Virus record (IMG/VR): IMGVR_UViG_3300017963_000190
Span: 124,001-188,000 of that record
Reading direction: 5' to 3' (one strand)
DNA: 64,000 bases
This document shows positions 1 through 9,618 of the stretch, one piece after another. The notes under the pieces were generated by a model, which did no database searches, was not told the DNA's origin, and was given only the letters and a program-made list of their open reading frames with translations. Positions within the stretch are counted from its first letter, which is position 1, and each line of letters begins with the position of its first letter. A program made the translations under genes and the position numbers.

Positions 1-2646
1 AAGGGCTGGGGCGCCGCTATTGTCGTAGGCTTCTTGCAGGGTTTCGCTTACGTCACCAAATGCTACCGCTTCCCACCCGGTTGCTGTTCCATCGGTATTG
101 ATGTACGCGTTTCCGTTTGTAGCTAGGCAGAGAGAACCAGCGGGGGCTACCGTACCTGAACCGGCACCAGTGTCTGGATCATTGGAAGATACAAACAGCT
201 CACAGGTCTGGGCGGTACCCTCCGCGTTGGTGAAGCTAGCGATCTGGCGGTCGTCGGTGGTGTCCAGAGCGGTGATGTGGAGAGCCGCGTTGGCATCCAG
301 ACCACTGTTCATGTTGATACCGACTTGACCGACACTGGTGTCTACATAGATGCTGTCGACATTGACGAAGAAGTCACCAGCTGGGGCCATCGATACATTG
401 CCAGAAGTGGCAGTGGTTAACGCGATGTTTCCAGATGCCGCATCAATTGTGACACCACCAGAACCGGCGTCGATGTCCACGGCTCCAGTACCAGAAGCCG
501 TAAGGTTGGCGTCGCTATTAGCCGCAGCGGTGATCTGCACGTCGCCACTGGTGATCGTGGAGAGAGTGAGAATTCCACTTGTGACGCTCACATTCGAGGC
601 CGCTGTACCATCGATGGAAAAACCATTCGTGTTGGTAGCGTCGATCGTGACCCCATCTCCGTCGATGTCAACGACATCAACTGAATCGATGACCACGTTC
701 CCGGATGTGGTGGTGGAGAGTGTGAGGCTCGCGCTGTCAACCGTGAAATTCGATGCCCCCGCTGCGTCCAGCGAAATCTGGTCAGTAGCATCGAGAAGGA
801 TGTCCACCCCATCAAGCTCTACGTTTCCTGTGTTGGCGCTTTGCGTGGCATCCAGATAAATGCTTCCACCTCCGCCAGTGGTGAAGATGGAGATATTCCC
901 GGTGTTGTGCTGCATTCCGGCTGAAATGTTCGTCAGCCAGATCGTTTTATCCTCTGCTCCATTGGAGGCATCCATTTGAATGGTGCCTGCATTGGTGGTC
1001 ATCTGAATTGACCCAGAGGTTGTGGCCCCGCCGATCATACTCGCGTTGCCAGTAGAAATGTGGACGTACTCGTTTGCCGTCCCAGTACCGCCATTGAGCT
1101 CGACCGCACCATCATCCGACTTCAGCGTCAAGACGCTAGCTGCCCCCGTCGCGCTGACAGTCATGTCCTCGGCGTTGGTAAGTGTGCGTCCGGCTGTTCC
1201 ATCGAAGGTGATGTTTGTTCCGACGTTGCCCAAAAAGTGGACTTCCTTGCCGCCGGACGATCCAAGGTCGATGGAGTTGTTGGTGTAGTTGGTCGCGATG
1301 TAGTCAGCGTTCCCAGCTTCATTGGAGATGACCCAGTTGGCCGCGTCGTCATCGATCTGGACTTCCCAGTCGTTGGTCAGCAGCTGCACCGGATTTGCAC
1401 CACCAGAAATCTGCTGGTCGTACGCACCCTGCAAAGATGTCGGAGTTGAGGTACCGGTCTCATTCCACTGTGCGCCACCGTAGAAGTAGAGCTTACCGCT
1501 CGTGGTGGTCAACGCGACATCACCGTTGGCGCCCGACATAGTCGGTGGCTCGTCCGGGGTGACGAATACCTGTGCGTTGATCGAGTCCTCGTCGTTGGCT
1601 AGGGTCAAAATGGCGCCGTCTGCTTCACCATAGGTGAGAGTGGTGCCACCAGTTTTCCCTACCGTCACTCTAGCAGCCGCGTCACCTGAGTACACCTCGA
1701 ACAGGTTGTCGTCTGCGTACGCGGTGAAACCGGATCCACCTGTATTTGAGTAGGTAGAATCCAGTGTGAGGCTGGTATCCGTGGCGATTGCTGATACGGT
1801 GTACACCGTTACAGAAGAAGCGGATTCACGGATCTCGATGGCATCACCGACGTTCAACTCGGTAGTGAATGACGTCCCCGAGCCAGTAACCGTGGCGTTT
1901 CCGTTGGTAGCAGACACCGTCCCGGTCAGCGCGATCCCGAGACCTCCTTGTGCAATGGCGCTCCCCTCTGGGATGAGCTTCAGGTCGCCGGTTGTGGTGG
2001 TGATGCTCTGCGCCGAGCTGAAGTTGATTGAAGTGTCCACGCTAGCCGTGATGGACAGTGTGTCACTAGAAGAATCACCGATATCGGTGTTTCCGTTGAA
2101 GGTGGCGCTTCCAGTGACTGTCTCCGATCCATCGACCTGCAAATCACCAGCTACCGTTGTAGTGACGCCAACGTCACCAATGGTGATGGCGGTTGCCTCG
2201 GATGTACCGAGGCTCAGAGTGGCTGCACCGGTGGTGTCGATCCCGGTACCAGAAACCGTGAGGTCGTCGATCGCCACCGAAACCGCATTGGCGGTTCCAA
2301 TGGAAATCGTTTTTGTGCTTTGAGCAGCTCCAACGTCAAAGCTGAGTGTGTCGGCGTTGGTGCTACCAAAAACGAGGTCAGCACCGGATGACGCGCCATC
2401 GATCGTGGTAGCCGTGACCGTTAGATCGTCGACACGTACCGATGTAGCGTTGGTCTGCCCAATAACGAGCTGCTCCGATGCATCAGCATCAATCGCCGCT
2501 CCAAACTCAATCGCGGTAGCATTAGTGCCACCAAGAGTGAGGGCCCCCGTGGACGAGTCTAGGCCCAACGCCAGCATGTTATCTGCTGTTGGGTCGAGCC
2601 TCGTTACCGTTCCCGAGGAAATATAAAGTGCGCGAACGTCTGCCAT
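1..2646 (-). CDS. Tail-fibre/virion beta-strand-repeat protein, runs off the window start (>=882 codons; absent from the supplied ORF track)
   Basis: ATG at 2646 preceded by GGAAGGAG RBS; read by hand as MADVRALYISSGTVTRLDPTAD... and still open at base 1 (...ETLQEAYDNSGAPAL); T/G/S/D/N-rich; the + strand ORFs here are shadows. Confidence 0.8.
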   Translation of the reverse strand, partial: MADVRALYISSGTVTRLDPTADNMLALGLDSSTGALTLGGTNATAIEFGAAIDADASEQLVIGQTNATSVRVDDLTVTATTIDGASSGADLVFGSTNADTLSFDVGAAQSTKTISIGTANAVSVAIDDLTVSGTGIDTTGAATLSLGTSEATAITIGDVGVTTTVAGDLQVDGSETVTGSATFNGNTDIGDSSSDTLSITASVDTSINFSSAQSITTTTGDLKLIPEGSAIAQGGLGIALTGTVSATNGNATVTGSGTSFTTELNVGDAIEIRESASSVTVYTVSAIATDTSLTLDSTYSNTGGSGFTAYADDNLFEVYSGDAAARVTVGKTGGTTLTYGEADGAILTLANDEDSINAQVFVTPDEPPTMSGANGDVALTTTSGKLYFYGGAQWNETGTSTPTSLQGAYDQQISGGANPVQLLTNDWEVQIDDDAANWVISNEAGNADYIATNYTNNSIDLGSSGGKEVHFLGNVGTNITFDGTAGRTLTNAEDMTVSATGAASVLTLKSDDGAVELNGGTGTANEYVHISTGNASMIGGATTSGSIQMTTNAGTIQMDASNGAEDKTIWLTNISAGMQHNTGNISIFTTGGGGSIYLDATQSANTGNVELDGVDILLDATDQISLDAAGASNFTVDSASLTLSTTTSGNVVIDSVDVVDIDGDGVTIDATNTNGFSIDGTAASNVSVTSGILTLSTITSGDVQITAAANSDANLTASGTGAVDIDAGSGGVTIDAASGNIALTTATSGNVSMAPAGDFFVNVDSIYVDTSVGQVGINMNSGLDANAALHITALDTTDDRQIASFTNAEGTAQTCELFVSSNDPDTGAGSGTVAPAGSLCLATNGNAYINTDGTATGWEAVAFGDVSETLQEAYDNSGAPAL

Positions 2647-2662
2647 GAGTTTTTACTCCTTC

Positions 2663-3121
2663 CTACAGTTTGCGAGCATTGAAATAGTTGCGGGCCTTTG
2701 TAACCCACGGCCCAAGTGTCGTCTTGTCTCTGCCCGCAGGTTCCGGTTTGTCGCCGGACATGTTCGCGTACCGGACGACCATTGCCTTTTCTTCTCGGGT
2801 AATCTGCTCGGTACCACTAACAGCAGGATCTATGGTTGGATCCCCCGTTGTGGACTCGAATAATTTTACGGAGCCCGGATTACCGATAATCCAGGTCCCG
2901 TTGACTTTTACGGCTGGTGGTGGCATCTGCTCGATGGAATCCATCATCCGCTGGTTGGTGGTTTCGATGATATCGGTGGCTGCTGCGAACGTCAGTTTGT
3001 ACAAGTGGCTCGCGCCATCCGTACGTGAGGCGAAAGTCACCGTGATGTCTCCAGAGCCATCAATAAATCCTTCATCCGTTAACGGCGTAATCAACGAGCT
3101 GTTGATCTTGTACTTCGCCAT
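2663..3121 (-). CDS. Hypothetical protein (152 aa) in tail module
   Basis: ORF with GGGAGG RBS, co-oriented with neighbours. Confidence 0.7.
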   Translation of the reverse strand: MAKYKINSSLITPLTDEGFIDGSGDITVTFASRTDGASHLYKLTFAAATDIIETTNQRMMDSIEQMPPPAVKVNGTWIIGNPGSVKLFESTTGDPTIDPAVSGTEQITREEKAMVVRYANMSGDKPEPAGRDKTTLGPWVTKARNYFNARKL

Positions 3122-3271
3122 ACTGACTTCCTCCCTTACCTTCTATAAATTTGGACGCTTGTGTATCTGGCGGTCCCGTCAAAACACAAGCAGAAACAGT
3201 TCCTGCTGAGGTTCCGATATAGGATAACTTGTTTTCAGAGTGGAATGGGATAGGCAGATTTTTGGAAGGAA

Positions 3272-3724
3272 TTAGCTGAAATCACGTTCTATTTCTAATT
3301 CCTGGAGAACACTTTCATCCACTTTGGAAAGGGCTTCGTCTAATGCGGCTGCTGACAAATCCCAGACAAGAGCTTCCCAGCCTTCGTCATATTCTCTGTC
3401 TGCTTCTAGGCAGCTATGGATGAACTCAGTGTTGTGCTCCAGATACCATTTTCTGAGCAGCTCATCTGCGAGGTTGGACACGGAATTCTTGGTGGCGCGC
3501 ACATCCTGCACAAAGGCGATAGCTGCTTTTGGGCTTTCGCCTGTATTGCTATCTCGCACAACTCCGATCAGGACAGGAGTATTATCATCCAGATCATAGC
3601 TCCCCTCTCCGCTGACCACGGTAGAGGAATTAAGCATCCGTGTGAGATCGTCCACTTCTGGATCGTTGCGGATGTAGTCCGCCCGTTTGGTTTTCCAGTC
3701 TGCTAATGATTTCCCAGAAGGCAT
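3272..3724 (-). CDS. Hypothetical protein (150 aa)
   Basis: ORF with GGAG RBS directly after the upstream stop. Confidence 0.7.
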   Translation of the reverse strand: MPSGKSLADWKTKRADYIRNDPEVDDLTRMLNSSTVVSGEGSYDLDDNTPVLIGVVRDSNTGESPKAAIAFVQDVRATKNSVSNLADELLRKWYLEHNTEFIHSCLEADREYDEGWEALVWDLSAAALDEALSKVDESVLQELEIERDFS

Positions 3725-3733
3725 TTTGTTCTC

Positions 3734-6568
3734 CTACGGGTACTCGATCTTCAAGCGATACAGGTGCACCGTTTTTGGGTGCCGGCATTGGCATGGCATG
3801 TGAGCCAGCGCAAACATGAACCAAGTGCCCACTTCTGCTGGAATGGGGGACCAAATTATTTCGGCAAACAGCCCAATCTCTCCTATGGCCTCGATGGCCA
3901 CGTCTTTTGGCACTCGACACCAATAAGTAACTTCCCAAGGGTCCACTGGGTAATTTGTGGTGTCGTATGTGATACGCTCGATGCGTCCCCTATAGATTTC
4001 ATTGGCCAGCGCCGTATCCGCGGTATTCACCGGCACCACAGTAGTCGGTGTGGTGGGGTTATACCCTCCCGTGCCGATAGCAAAGTCACGGATAGCGTAG
4101 ATAGTGCCGTCCGTCTTCGACCTGTCTATATAACCAGTAACCGGTGTCTCTGCTAGATCGGTGAGTTGTAGATCAGTAGGGTCTGGGGTGGAGGTGACAA
4201 AATCTGGTGCGGTTTGGATCTGTGTGCGTAGTTGGGTTAAAAAAGCCTCCCCCTCCAGGATAACCATCCCGTACTCTGTGGCATCTATCTCAGCTACAGT
4301 CCAGGGGCTACCGGTAAACGGCGATGTGTAGAAATCCTGTTTTATGGCGAACCAGTTTGCTCCAGTGTTGTTGATAGGGAAGGTGCGCCCTATATAGGTC
4401 TCGTTGTTGTATCGGAGAATCGGCGCTACCAGAGCGCTTGTAGTGGCGGTCCCCAGACGCAGCGTAAGGCGCACTTCCAGTGCGTATACCTGCTCCCCAG
4501 CAGGAAGAGCTCCAATAGAAGGCCCGACAGTAAAGGATCCGTAGAGCAGCGATTCGGCTGCGTCTGCATCGGCGCCAATGTAGGACGCTGCATAGTCTGG
4601 CGGATCCTCGTCGATGTCTTGCCAAGGAGATTCGCCCGCTCCAGGGACCAGCGCCGGCAGCTGTTGATGGTAGCCGTCCGCAGTTGGGAACATATCATGC
4701 GTGGTGAGCGGCGTATATTTTTGGAAGGTCTCTGCTCCAATAGAAGTGCAGCGCAGATTTCCTCCGAAGTTGATGATTCCAGCCTCCATTAGGTCCGCTT
4801 CCGCAGAGGTCCATGCCGTGTAGCCAGGTGAGCCTGAAGGCCAACCTGTGTTCGGATCGTTGAGGAACTCTTCCTCAACAAGATGCCACACGTTGTCAGG
4901 AGGGATTACCCAACCGTCAGTACCATGAGCTCCGTAGTAATCTGTGCCAGCGGATCGCAACACCACGGCTGCCTGTGCGGGGGTGTCCGCGATGTTCTTC
5001 ACGACGCAGCTCACCTGTACCTTGTCGATATTTGGTGGTTTGAGTGGGGTTTGTATGTCCGTGAGCTCAAATACGGATATCGGTTCCCATTCTTTTTCTT
5101 CGTAGACTAGAGAGGTGCCAACCTCTCCTACAGCAAAGATATTTGTGCTTAGGGTTCCCCATACATCTAAAAGGTCGTTTGTTTGATGAGTAGGTTGCTC
5201 TATCCAAGCCGTTCCTGTCCAGCGAAGCGCTATGCCATCGTGGCCAACCGCAACCCGATCAGTAGTGGCCGTGTCTCCCCAAACACCACGCAATTCCAGG
5301 AGGGTACCTGAGGTCTGTGGATTCCAGTTGAAGCCGTCGTAATTGAGGATGGTGCCAGCCCTACCAACAACGTACACATTGTTTACTGCGTCTCCCCATA
5401 AACTATGGAGCTCCCAGATTACCCCAGAAGGTTGTGTGGCCCATGAGATCCCATCATAGTAGAGAATGGTACCATTTGATCCACAAGCGTAGACCTGGTT
5501 TACTCCAGCTCCCCACACGTCGTTTAGGTTATTGAGCACCCCAGAAGCCATGGATGACCACGCTACTCCATTATAGTGGAGAACGGTACCCGTTACCCCT
5601 ACAACGTAGACGTCGCTGGTGGATGTGCCCCATACGCCGTATAGGTCATCTGTAACGCCTGAGGTCATCTGTGACCAAGTAACCCCATCCCAATACAGAA
5701 TGGTTCCGAACTCTCCCACCACAAAAAGATCGGTGGCCGACGTTCCCCATACGCTGTGCAGGTTGTACTCTCGCAGGGAGGTTATTCCTGTATCTATGGG
5801 ATCCCAGTCAGTACCATTCCAATACACAATGGTGCCTTCGGTACCAACCGCGAAAACATCGTCCTCAGCAAACCCATAAACGCTATGTAAAATCCAGTCC
5901 AGGCCGGTGTCTTTAGCAGCCCAAAGCGTTGAGCTGTGGATGTAGCTTTGATCTCCGTCGTAGCGCCCAACAGACACATGTGCTCCAGTCGTGCCTGGGA
6001 AATTCGCCCACTGTTGGTGATTAGGCGCACTCGTGACATCTGAAGGCGAAAGCGTTTGGTGCGCGTACGGCTCCACATGTACCTGGAGCTCTAGCTTTGT
6101 GCACCGTAGCTCAGAGCCGCTTTCATACACCAATCCAGCTTCTAAGCCGTTTAGCCCTACCGCTGTCCATCCTTGCCCGTTGGGGATCTGGTGGTAGACA
6201 TGTGCCATCTCGACGTAGGTATTGGAAGTGATCTCGTACTCATCAGTATCGTAATCTACACCAAGGTGCCTAAGACGAAATTTAAAGCGCGTAGGAAGAG
6301 CGCCATTGACTCGGCAGGTGGCCACAAGTGTGGCACCAGATATTCTAACAGGGCGTACGTAAGCTCTGGTAAAACAATCGTCAAAATTGACTGTGAAAGG
6401 ACCAGACTCCGTCGCGTAAACGTAAGTAGTGTCTCCATCAGAGTTTGCTTCATTTATGGAGTCCCACATAGGAAGACCTGTGTTGGACGTCCAAGGAACC
6501 CTGGACCCCTGGTTATAAAATCCAATAGCGTCAGGGCGCAGAATTATTTTTGTTGGGGTAGGCGGCAT
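3734..6568 (-). CDS. Multidomain baseplate/tail-associated protein: three ~150-aa beta-sandwich-like repeats, an inserted 7-bladed beta-propeller and a C-terminal tail-collar (DUF3751-like) domain
   Basis: Seven ~40-aa LxxVWGxxxxDV(F/Y)xVGxxGT(I/V)LxYxGxxW repeats; C-terminal RDFAIGTGG...ALANEIYR...IGEIGLFA resembles the phage tail-collar fibre domain. Confidence 0.7.
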   Translation of the reverse strand: MPPTPTKIILRPDAIGFYNQGSRVPWTSNTGLPMWDSINEANSDGDTTYVYATESGPFTVNFDDCFTRAYVRPVRISGATLVATCRVNGALPTRFKFRLRHLGVDYDTDEYEITSNTYVEMAHVYHQIPNGQGWTAVGLNGLEAGLVYESGSELRCTKLELQVHVEPYAHQTLSPSDVTSAPNHQQWANFPGTTGAHVSVGRYDGDQSYIHSSTLWAAKDTGLDWILHSVYGFAEDDVFAVGTEGTIVYWNGTDWDPIDTGITSLREYNLHSVWGTSATDLFVVGEFGTILYWDGVTWSQMTSGVTDDLYGVWGTSTSDVYVVGVTGTVLHYNGVAWSSMASGVLNNLNDVWGAGVNQVYACGSNGTILYYDGISWATQPSGVIWELHSLWGDAVNNVYVVGRAGTILNYDGFNWNPQTSGTLLELRGVWGDTATTDRVAVGHDGIALRWTGTAWIEQPTHQTNDLLDVWGTLSTNIFAVGEVGTSLVYEEKEWEPISVFELTDIQTPLKPPNIDKVQVSCVVKNIADTPAQAAVVLRSAGTDYYGAHGTDGWVIPPDNVWHLVEEEFLNDPNTGWPSGSPGYTAWTSAEADLMEAGIINFGGNLRCTSIGAETFQKYTPLTTHDMFPTADGYHQQLPALVPGAGESPWQDIDEDPPDYAASYIGADADAAESLLYGSFTVGPSIGALPAGEQVYALEVRLTLRLGTATTSALVAPILRYNNETYIGRTFPINNTGANWFAIKQDFYTSPFTGSPWTVAEIDATEYGMVILEGEAFLTQLRTQIQTAPDFVTSTPDPTDLQLTDLAETPVTGYIDRSKTDGTIYAIRDFAIGTGGYNPTTPTTVVPVNTADTALANEIYRGRIERITYDTTNYPVDPWEVTYWCRVPKDVAIEAIGEIGLFAEIIWSPIPAEVGTWFMFALAHMPCQCRHPKTVHLYRLKIEYP
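5090..5930 (-). repeat. Seven coding tandem repeats (~120 bp) forming a beta-propeller
   Basis: Repeated VWG...VG..GT..Y.G..W units in the 944-aa translation; boundaries approximate. Confidence 0.8.
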
Positions 6569-6575
6569 TATGGCA

Positions 6576-7304
6576 CTAGAGCTGGATGTTTACGCGGATC
6601 GCGTAGGCCATTGTGTTGTTTTTGCAGATGATGGGGAAGTGCCCGATGGCCGCCAAAAAGGTGTCATCGATCTCGTGCTGGTTTGGTGACCAGACAATTT
6701 TTCCCCAAATGCCTATTTCGCTAAGCACTTCATTGGCCTCTGTGGTATCCATCATGCAGTAAGCACAAGCCGAATTTGGGTTAGGGTGCTCATACTCAGT
6801 GATATTCTTCGCTCCAGTAATCATCGTTTCGATGATACCGGTTGCTACCGGATCTGTGTACGACGATGGCGTTGTTGAAATGAACCCAGCTGAACTTACT
6901 GAAGCCACCGTAAGGGTTTCTGTGCCACTTCCTGTGGTAACCTCAACCAAGTATCCTTCCCTCAGATACGTAGTCAAGTCTTGGGTGCTGGTCACGTTTG
7001 TGTTGTTGGTTATTACCCCCAACGTTCCAGGAAGCGCTATTGGTGGGATCACCAGAGGTAGTTCTAGTGTCTGGGCGTCAGGGTTGGCTGGAACCGCTTC
7101 CTTGTAGTCGAACGGATCTACCCCACCCTGCCCAACAGAGAATTCCAAGAACTTCACGGCTGTACCATCCGTAGAACCGCGGGCTACCAGACGCATAAGC
7201 TCTGTGGTGGCTTCGGCGTCGATATCAAATAGCAGTCCAGAAGCTCCAGCGGGGTCACCACCGAATGATGCCGAACCAAAAAGGTCTGTACCAAATTTCG
7301 CCAT
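6576..7304 (-). CDS. Tail-collar (DUF3751-like) baseplate protein with an internal fibre-type insertion
   Basis: FSVGQGG...LSEIGIWG...AIGHFP pattern matches the 3734 and 15027 ORFs. Confidence 0.6.
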   Translation of the reverse strand: MAKFGTDLFGSASFGGDPAGASGLLFDIDAEATTELMRLVARGSTDGTAVKFLEFSVGQGGVDPFDYKEAVPANPDAQTLELPLVIPPIALPGTLGVITNNTNVTSTQDLTTYLREGYLVEVTTGSGTETLTVASVSSAGFISTTPSSYTDPVATGIIETMITGAKNITEYEHPNPNSACAYCMMDTTEANEVLSEIGIWGKIVWSPNQHEIDDTFLAAIGHFPIICKNNTMAYAIRVNIQL

Positions 7305-7310
7305 GGAATC

Positions 7311-8915
7311 CTATGGGATGGTGTAGAAGGGAAGCCAGAAATCTTGGTTGGGTCCTCCACCTGTTGAAGCATCGACAGCTATACGAATGAAGCCAGCGAT
7401 AGTGCCAGCGGTAAGACCGGTTACGTTGGTTGCGGTGGTCCCGGCTGTGTACGTTCCTGCTACTTCCCAGAATGGCTCGTCTACGTCTGTTTGGTTAAGG
7501 AGTAGAAGTGGTTTGGCAATCGTGTTGAGCGCAGTTATATACGCAGGGGATTGTGCGTAAAGTGAGTAGTCCCAACCATTGCCGGCAATAACTGCTCGGC
7601 TGGAATGACTACCTCCCTGATCCGTGAAGCTCAGGTTGATTCCATACATCCCCGATGCCAAATCTCCCCCACCCGCATCGCTTTTCAAATGCACACGAAC
7701 ACCAGACATGGCGGTGCCAAAACCAAGCCCCCCGGAAGTCATGGTCAACTCGAATGCAGAGAATGATGTTGTTGGGTCATCTGGCAACGAGGTGAGCTTA
7801 CCTGCTTTGCTTATTTCAAGCTTTGGTGTTGTGGCACCTACTACACCGTCGTAAAATGCAGCAACCGGCCCCAGCTTGGTCTGCCCTACCCTGAAACCAT
7901 CTGTATTACTGTTTATCTGTACATCAACTTGGCCGCCGTCACTGCAATGAAATACACGTGTCCCGGTTCCAATCGTTCCATCCCATACTGCAAAAGCATC
8001 GCCCGCTCCAGCATTACCTACGTGGAGTGCTACGTTTGCTGTATTCCCAGAGAACTCAAGCGAAGCACCGCTTATGCTCAGGATTTTGTCGTTACTGTAG
8101 AGCTGGTCCCACGTGGTGTATGCTGTGCTCTTGAGCTCGTTGATCGCCCCCACCAAGCTCTGCGCAGTAGTCGATGGTACCAGCTGCCCGCTTTCATTCA
8201 ACTCGATCGAACTGGAACCACGAGCTTTGAAAAGGAGCCTGGCTCCCCCTTCCGCAAATAATCCAAGGTCATCGTCGTTCCTGATCTCGCGAAACCCCGC
8301 CGCGTCAAATATTAGATCGCCGGCAATGGGCCCCTCGATTACCACGTCCGTTCCACTCCCACTTGCACTCCCAACAATCACCCGGCTTGTAGAACTATCA
8401 ACGCGAAGGAACTCTTTGCTGAAGGTTACGTCCCTGATAACGAAGTCTGACCCAGTGGCCCTAGGTGTCTCCCACGTGAGGTCGCCAGCATTTATGGTCA
8501 TCGTTTTACTGGCAGCGTACAGATCGTTCCATGAACCGATCCCGCCAGCTCCTGTGGTCAGATCGTAGAACGTTCCTACTGGATCTCCTCCTTTATGGTA
8601 CGAAACATTTTTCGTACCGGAGTCAACGAAAATGCCTGATTCACCTACAGCGCCAGGCCATGTAGCGTGCTCTCCAGCGAAACGCACGCCCTGATTGGGA
8701 GTCCCACTAATAGTCAGCAGTCCCCAGTCTACAGTCGAGGTGGCCGCATCGTTCAAGATACCTAGCCGGGTCTCGATAGCTATGACGGTATCATTAGTAT
8801 TGTTGCGGAATTCCGCAGCAATATTTATCTGTGGGTCTACTGGAGGTACGTTGTCTATAAACGGTCCCCCCAGTGTGACTGCGTCGTCAAGCGCGACTGG
8901 GTATTTGGTGGCCAT
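7311..8915 (-). CDS. Putative tail fibre/spike protein (534 aa)
   Basis: G/T/S/A-rich beta-strand composition; N-terminal YPxALD...N...AIETRLG typical of fibre N-termini; location in tail module. Confidence 0.6.
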   Translation of the reverse strand: MATKYPVALDDAVTLGGPFIDNVPPVDPQINIAAEFRNNTNDTVIAIETRLGILNDAATSTVDWGLLTISGTPNQGVRFAGEHATWPGAVGESGIFVDSGTKNVSYHKGGDPVGTFYDLTTGAGGIGSWNDLYAASKTMTINAGDLTWETPRATGSDFVIRDVTFSKEFLRVDSSTSRVIVGSASGSGTDVVIEGPIAGDLIFDAAGFREIRNDDDLGLFAEGGARLLFKARGSSSIELNESGQLVPSTTAQSLVGAINELKSTAYTTWDQLYSNDKILSISGASLEFSGNTANVALHVGNAGAGDAFAVWDGTIGTGTRVFHCSDGGQVDVQINSNTDGFRVGQTKLGPVAAFYDGVVGATTPKLEISKAGKLTSLPDDPTTSFSAFELTMTSGGLGFGTAMSGVRVHLKSDAGGGDLASGMYGINLSFTDQGGSHSSRAVIAGNGWDYSLYAQSPAYITALNTIAKPLLLLNQTDVDEPFWEVAGTYTAGTTATNVTGLTAGTIAGFIRIAVDASTGGGPNQDFWLPFYTIP

Positions 8916-8960
8916 ATTGCAGGGTCCCTCTTGTAGCGAGGAAGAGCCGGAGAGACCTCA

Positions 8961-9257
8961 TTAATCAGGGGATACGATTTCCCCTGTTTCGAGGTTCACT
9001 TCTTGCCCCTCCTCCAATCCCAACTTCTCTTTAAGACCGGCGTACGCAGCCTCAAATTCCTTCAGCAACTCTGATTGCTGGCTTTCTGCCTCAGCCATTT
9101 TCTTTGGAAGCACATCCATCTCAATGGCCAGCGCGTTTTGCCTCTGCCTGAATGCGTCGATGGCTCCCTGTAGTACTTGAACTTTCAGACGCGTCGCATA
9201 TATCTTCAAACGCTCTGTTTCGTAAAGGTCGGCGCCGTTTTTTGCTTCTTCTGTCAT
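8961..9257 (-). CDS. Small coiled-coil protein (98 aa), paralog of 9261-9557 and 31389-31682
   Basis: Heptad-like helix ending KLGLEEGQEVNLETGEI. Confidence 0.7.
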   Translation of the reverse strand: MTEEAKNGADLYETERLKIYATRLKVQVLQGAIDAFRQRQNALAIEMDVLPKKMAEAESQQSELLKEFEAAYAGLKEKLGLEEGQEVNLETGEIVSPD

Positions 9258-9260
9258 GGG

Positions 9261-9557
9261 TTACTCGCCTCTTTGGATTTCGCCTGTTGCGATGTCGAAT
9301 TTGTCAATACGTGGAGAGAGGCCGTATTTTTCGTTCACGTTCCCCATCAGCTGCTGAAAATGATTCTCAGCTCCCTCTGCTTCAGCCTGCACTTTCTCCA
9401 ATTGCATTTGCAGTAGCTGGAGCTTGAGCTGCGCAACATCTTTCTCGCGCATACGAAGATTGATGATCATCAGATCTTCGTTTTCGATTTTGTCTGCAGA
9501 GGTGAAATCTTCTTGAGACGGTTTCTTGGTTCCTTTTTTGGCCTTCGTTTTTGCCAT
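9261..9557 (-). CDS. Small coiled-coil protein (98 aa), paralog
   Basis: AAGGAG RBS; ends KYGLSPRIDKFDIATGEI. Confidence 0.7.
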   Translation of the reverse strand: MAKTKAKKGTKKPSQEDFTSADKIENEDLMIINLRMREKDVAQLKLQLLQMQLEKVQAEAEGAENHFQQLMGNVNEKYGLSPRIDKFDIATGEIQRGE

Positions 9558-9618
9558 AGGTCGAACTCCTTGTCTGACACTGGTTCTGTGTCTCTATTTT
9601 ACAGTGCGCTGTGTGTTT

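Noticed and set aside
98-2626. Several + strand ORFs (98-328, 350-859, 1766-2323 etc.)
   Set aside because: They are antisense shadows of the long minus-strand fibre gene, which has the RBS; similar shadows occur opposite most large genes
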